Positions 28,730 to 32,000 of a DNA stretch of 32,000 bases are shown piece after piece. The notes under the pieces are model-generated. The model worked only from the letters and a program-made list of their open reading frames with translations, was not told the DNA's origin and did not search any database. Numbering within the stretch: the first letter of the stretch is position 1; each line of letters opens with the position of its first letter. Both the position numbers and the translations under genes were made by a program. The DNA is from Mycolicibacterium smegmatis (GTDB taxonomy: Bacteria > Actinomycetota > Actinomycetes > Mycobacteriales > Mycobacteriaceae). The stretch lies in the NCBI RefSeq assembly GCF_001457595.1, contig NZ_LN831039.1:720001-752000 (forward strand). Reading direction: 5' to 3'.

Positions 28730-30109
28730 CTATCTGCGCGAGTCCTCGATCCCGCGCTCTGCGGCGATCGCCGACCTGCTGGTGGCCGGGCGCCCGTGGA
28801 TTGCGAGATAGGTCTCGGTGTACCGCTCGGAGATCCGGGTGCCCGCGAAATCCGACGGGATGACGTCATTGGTCTCCTGACGCCAGGCGTTGAGCAGAAG
28901 GGCGAGTTCGGATGCGATCGCCTCGGCCTTGTCTGCGGTGTCAGGGCAGGCATCCGGGCCCAGGAGGTTGTTCGCCTCGCCGGGATCGGCCACGAGATCG
29001 TACAGTTCGCGGCCGGGGCGCGGGGCGAGCACGTCGGGGGCGAGGATGCGGCCCGGCGGGCTGTCGGCGATGTCCCACGGCAGGTCCAAAAGGGGCCGGG
29101 CAGCGTAGTTTTCGATGTAGCTGTACTCCTTGGTCCGCACTGCGCGGATCGGGTCGAACGAATCGTGGTAGGTCTTGGTGGTGTACACCGCGGTGCGCAC
29201 CTCCTCAGAGTTGTTCGCGCTCTTGAGATTGTCCGCATGCGAGAGACCCTCGACCTCGTCGGGGACCGGCACGCCCAGCAGGTCGAGCAGCGTGGGCAGC
29301 AGGTCCACTCCGCTGAACAACTCCTCGTACCGGTGCGGCGCGATGCCAGCAGCGCGCGGCGGGCGGATGATCATCGCGATGCCGGTGCCCGCGTCGTACA
29401 GCGTCGACTTGGCCCGCGGCAACGCCGGTCCGTGGTCGGTCATGAACACCACCCACGTGTTGTCGTCGAGTCCGGAGCCGCTCAGCGCGTCGAGCAGTTC
29501 CCCGACCTTGGCGTCGGCGACGGCGATCGACCCGTAGAACTCGGCGAGATCTTCGCGCACGTCGTCGGTGTCGGGCAGATAGGCGGGCACCGAAACGGCG
29601 TCGGCGTCGGCCGGTTCATAGCGGTCACGAGGATATGGGCGGTGCGTCTCGAAGAACCCGGCCGTGAGCAGGAACGGCCGCTCGGGCGGGTCGGTGAGCC
29701 AGCGGGTGGCCTGCTCGACGACGTACTCGCAGTACGAATTCGACACGTCGAACTCGTCGAACCCGAGCCGGTCGGGGAACGAGGTCTCGTGCTGCATCCC
29801 GAACAGCGCAGTATGCCAACCGGATTCGGACAGGATCTGCGGAAGTGTGCGCACCCCGGCGCGGTACTCCCAGCCGTGGTGGGCCAGGCCCACCAGACCG
29901 TTGCTCTGCGGGTAGCGGCCGGTGAACAGCGAACCCCGCGAGGGCGAGCACAGCGGCGCGGTGGCGTGTGCACGCGTGAACAGGACGCCTTCGCGCGCGA
30001 GTTGGTCCAACCGGGGGCTGCTCACGTCGGTATGGCCGTAGGCGCCCAGATACCGCCCCAGGTCGTGCCAGTGCACGATCAGCAGGTTCTGCCGTTGCGG
30101 CTCGGTCAC
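28730..30109 (-). CDS. Cys-type (formylglycine) sulfatase, apparently cytoplasmic (Rv0296c-like)
   Basis: 459 aa with a GTG start and a GAAAGGA ribosome-binding site. Sulfatase signature CSPSRGSLFTGRY (CSPSR at 29936-29950), plus FMTDHG and the N-terminal LLIVHWHD metal site. No signal peptide. Confidence 0.88.
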   Translation of the reverse strand: MTEPQRQNLLIVHWHDLGRYLGAYGHTDVSSPRLDQLAREGVLFTRAHATAPLCSPSRGSLFTGRYPQSNGLVGLAHHGWEYRAGVRTLPQILSESGWHTALFGMQHETSFPDRLGFDEFDVSNSYCEYVVEQATRWLTDPPERPFLLTAGFFETHRPYPRDRYEPADADAVSVPAYLPDTDDVREDLAEFYGSIAVADAKVGELLDALSGSGLDDNTWVVFMTDHGPALPRAKSTLYDAGTGIAMIIRPPRAAGIAPHRYEELFSGVDLLPTLLDLLGVPVPDEVEGLSHADNLKSANNSEEVRTAVYTTKTYHDSFDPIRAVRTKEYSYIENYAARPLLDLPWDIADSPPGRILAPDVLAPRPGRELYDLVADPGEANNLLGPDACPDTADKAEAIASELALLLNAWRQETNDVIPSDFAGTRISERYTETYLAIHGRPATSRSAIAAERGIEDSRR

Positions 30110-30193
30110 GTCGCATCCTTTCCGTCCTCGAGACGACCGAACAGCCTCGGCCGCGTTCCCGCAACCGTTTGGCTCATCGAGAGCAACTCATCC

Positions 30194-30688
30194 TTACGGG
30201 TGGTACTGCACGCCGACGGCCCGGAACACGTACTCGGGACCGACGTCGAACGCGAGCGACCGCCGCGGCAGGCGCGCCAGGACGTCCTCGGGTATGGCGA
30301 CCTTGTAGTGCAGGGACAGATGTCCTTCGAAATGCCCGTAGCGGTGGCCGTCGACCCGGGCCAGATCGGCCTCGATCACCAGGCCATGGGCGGACAGTTC
30401 GGCGGTCACCGCCCCGTTCTGCGGTGCCGACCACGGCTGGTCGACGGTGCGGCCCGCCAGCTTGGGCAGGGTCGCCAGGGTCGCCAGCGCGCGTTGTTCG
30501 GTGAGCATCACCGAGCCGGCGTAGCTGGAAACGCTGTTCGCGGCGCGTTTGCCCGGGATGGCGCCGCTGAACCGCCTGGTCACCGGGACGTACTCGGCCA
30601 GGAACAGCACGCCTTCGGCCTCGGCCTCCGCACGCAGGGCATCGGGCAGTTCACCGATGCGCAAGAGCTTTCGCAGGAACAGTGCCAC
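30194..30688 (-). CDS. hypothetical protein (164 aa), no recognised motif
   Basis: Clean ORF with a GTG start, GC3-rich coding-like composition and a non-repetitive sequence (MALFLRKLLRIGELPDALRAEAEAEGVLFLAEY...). I do not recognise the family. Confidence 0.55.
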   Translation of the reverse strand: MALFLRKLLRIGELPDALRAEAEAEGVLFLAEYVPVTRRFSGAIPGKRAANSVSSYAGSVMLTEQRALATLATLPKLAGRTVDQPWSAPQNGAVTAELSAHGLVIEADLARVDGHRYGHFEGHLSLHYKVAIPEDVLARLPRRSLAFDVGPEYVFRAVGVQYHP

Positions 30689-30725
30689 CCCTGCACGGTA
30701 GCTCGCCGCGACGTGTCACCGGGCG

Positions 30726-31427
30726 GTGCCACGTGTGGCTGGTAGAGATGGTCGGGTGGAGAGAACCCGCGGGTTGCTGATCGCGTCGGCGCTGGTGGCT
30801 GTCGCGGTGTATGCGCTCATGTGGATCGGGTACCGGTCGGGATGGCCGTGGCTGGTCTCGTTCGACGACGCCGGGCTGGATCCGGCGTTCCGCTTCGGCA
30901 CCGAGCACCCGGCCTGGGTGACGGCCTGGAATGTGTTCTGCACCGTGCTGGGGCCGTACTCGTTTCGCGCGGTGTTCGCGGTCTTCATCGTCGTGGCACT
31001 CATAAGGCGGCACTTCCGGCCCGCGGTGTTCGCCCTGTTGTCGGTCGAGCTGAGCGGATTGGTGACGCAGCTGGCGAAGCTGGCGTCCGACCGTCCGCGC
31101 CCGCCCACCGCGCTCGTGTACGCGTCGTGGACGTCGTTTCCGTCCGGTCATGCGCTCGGGGTGATGGTGTGCGTGCCGGCCCTGCTCGCGCTCGTGTGGC
31201 CGCTGCTGCGCGGCGCGTGGCGCGGCTGGGCGGTGGCCGCGGGCGCGCTGGTCATCGTCGCCATCGGTGTGGGGCGCGTGGTGCTCAACGTGCACCACCC
31301 GTCCGATGTCGTCGCGGGCTGGGCGCTGGGCTACGCGTTCTTCGTGGTGTGCCTGCTGCTCGCGCCGCCGTATCCCGACGTCAGGGCAAGGGGCGAAATA
31401 CCGGAAGTGCGCGGTATCGCGACGTGA
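30726..31427 (+). CDS. PAP2-family lipid phosphate phosphatase (membrane)
   Basis: All three PAP2 motifs are present: KLASDRPRP, SFPSGHA and GRVVLNVHHPSDVVAG, with several TM segments. The start is uncertain (GTG at 30726, 30735 or 30756). Confidence 0.85.
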   Translation: MPRVAGRDGRVERTRGLLIASALVAVAVYALMWIGYRSGWPWLVSFDDAGLDPAFRFGTEHPAWVTAWNVFCTVLGPYSFRAVFAVFIVVALIRRHFRPAVFALLSVELSGLVTQLAKLASDRPRPPTALVYASWTSFPSGHALGVMVCVPALLALVWPLLRGAWRGWAVAAGALVIVAIGVGRVVLNVHHPSDVVAGWALGYAFFVVCLLLAPPYPDVRARGEIPEVRGIAT

Positions 31428-32000
31428 ACGTCGCCTCGGTGTAGGGCTCGCCGACCTCGCCGTCGTGCGCCAGCACCGTCGGCCCGTCGACGGTCTCGAA
31501 GTGGAACTGCGGCACCTGCATCTCGTGGTAGAGCGGGCTGCGTTCGAGCCGGCCCAGCAGCATCGAGGTCGCGATGCGCAGCCGCCCGAACCGTTTGCCC
31601 GTCTCGAGGATCCGGACGTCGATGAGGCCGTCGTCCATGCGCGGCCGCAACGACGGCGCGAAACCGGACGGGAAGTACACCGAGTTGCCCAGGAAGAACA
31701 GCGAGGTCTCGACGGTCTTGTCGTCGTAGGTGATGCGCACCGGTTCGTCGCGGCGCAGCGTGAGGTACAGCGCGTACGCGGCCGCGACGCGCTTGCCCAG
31801 GCGGTGCTCGAGCTTCTCGCGGATCCGCACGAACTTGGGGTAGGCGCCGATGCTGGCGGTGTTGAGCACCATGTGCTTGTCGTTGAGGCACACCAGGTCC
31901 ACGTATGCCGCACTGCCCTGCCGGATGGCCTCGACCGTGCGGGCCACGGTGTCGCAGCCGATGTCCTTCGCGAAGTGGTTGAATGTGCCGCCCGGGAACA
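31381..32000 (-). CDS. diacylglycerol/lipid kinase family protein (YegS/BmrU-like), 5' end outside window
   Basis: The reading frame is open to the window edge. FPGGTFNHFAKDIG (the GT-N-F motif of DAGK catalytic domains), VLNTASIGAYPKF, FFLGNSVY, MDDGLIDVRIL and LAHDGEVGE. Its 3' end overlaps the PAP2 3' end by 47 bp. Confidence 0.75.
   Translation of the reverse strand, partial: FPGGTFNHFAKDIGCDTVARTVEAIRQGSAAYVDLVCLNDKHMVLNTASIGAYPKFVRIREKLEHRLGKRVAAAYALYLTLRRDEPVRITYDDKTVETSLFFLGNSVYFPSGFAPSLRPRMDDGLIDVRILETGKRFGRLRIATSMLLGRLERSPLYHEMQVPQFHFETVDGPTVLAHDGEVGEPYTEATFTSRYRALPVFRPLP

Noticed and set aside
30651-31913. 420-aa minus-strand ORF overlapping both the PAP2 and kinase genes
   Set aside because: It is a highly Arg-rich low-complexity product in a different frame from the kinase. 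Both real genes carry diagnostic motifs.
1-32000. Looked for CRISPR arrays, IS or transposase genes, integrases, phage genes, tRNA/rRNA genes and long direct or inverted repeats
   Set aside because: None were seen. The only internal duplication detected by eye is the diverged esterase fragment (1664-1836 versus 4828-5000).

Overview
This is a very GC-rich, mycobacterial-type chromosomal segment. The core (8603-23139, + strand) is a complete ESX-3-type type VII secretion locus in the canonical order eccA3-eccB3-eccC3-PE-PPE-esxG-esxH-espG3-eccD3-mycP3-eccE3. It has four ATGA stop/start overlaps and is preceded by an AT-rich promoter island carrying two adjacent iron-box-like sites. Left flank: a 5'-truncated divergent enolase paralog; a rearrangement scar (truncated pntAA plus a fragment of a carboxylesterase paralog); an MmyB/XRE-like regulator divergent from an MBL-fold hydrolase and carboxylesterase pair; a TetR and MpaB(DUF2236) divergent pair; a vapBC toxin-antitoxin module; and an Rv0281-like SAM methyltransferase. 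Right flank: a minus-strand trio (amidohydrolase, GT39-like membrane glycosyltransferase, Rv0293c-like alpha/beta hydrolase); tam; stf0 plus a Cys-type sulfatase; a 164-aa orphan; a PAP2 phosphatase; and a 5'-truncated DAG/lipid-kinase gene. I found no tRNA, rRNA, CRISPR array, IS element or phage gene. I also found no convincing wholly new multi-gene system: the dominant system, ESX-3, is well described and the flanks largely follow the gene order I recall around ESX-3 in M. tuberculosis. The items most worth a second look are the pntAA/esterase/regulator junction, the enolase paralog lacking two catalytic residues, the paired iron boxes, the leaderless-looking vapBC promoter with a tandem 9-bp repeat, and the regulator-MBL-esterase cassette. 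All family assignments come from motif reading and manual alignment, without database searches.
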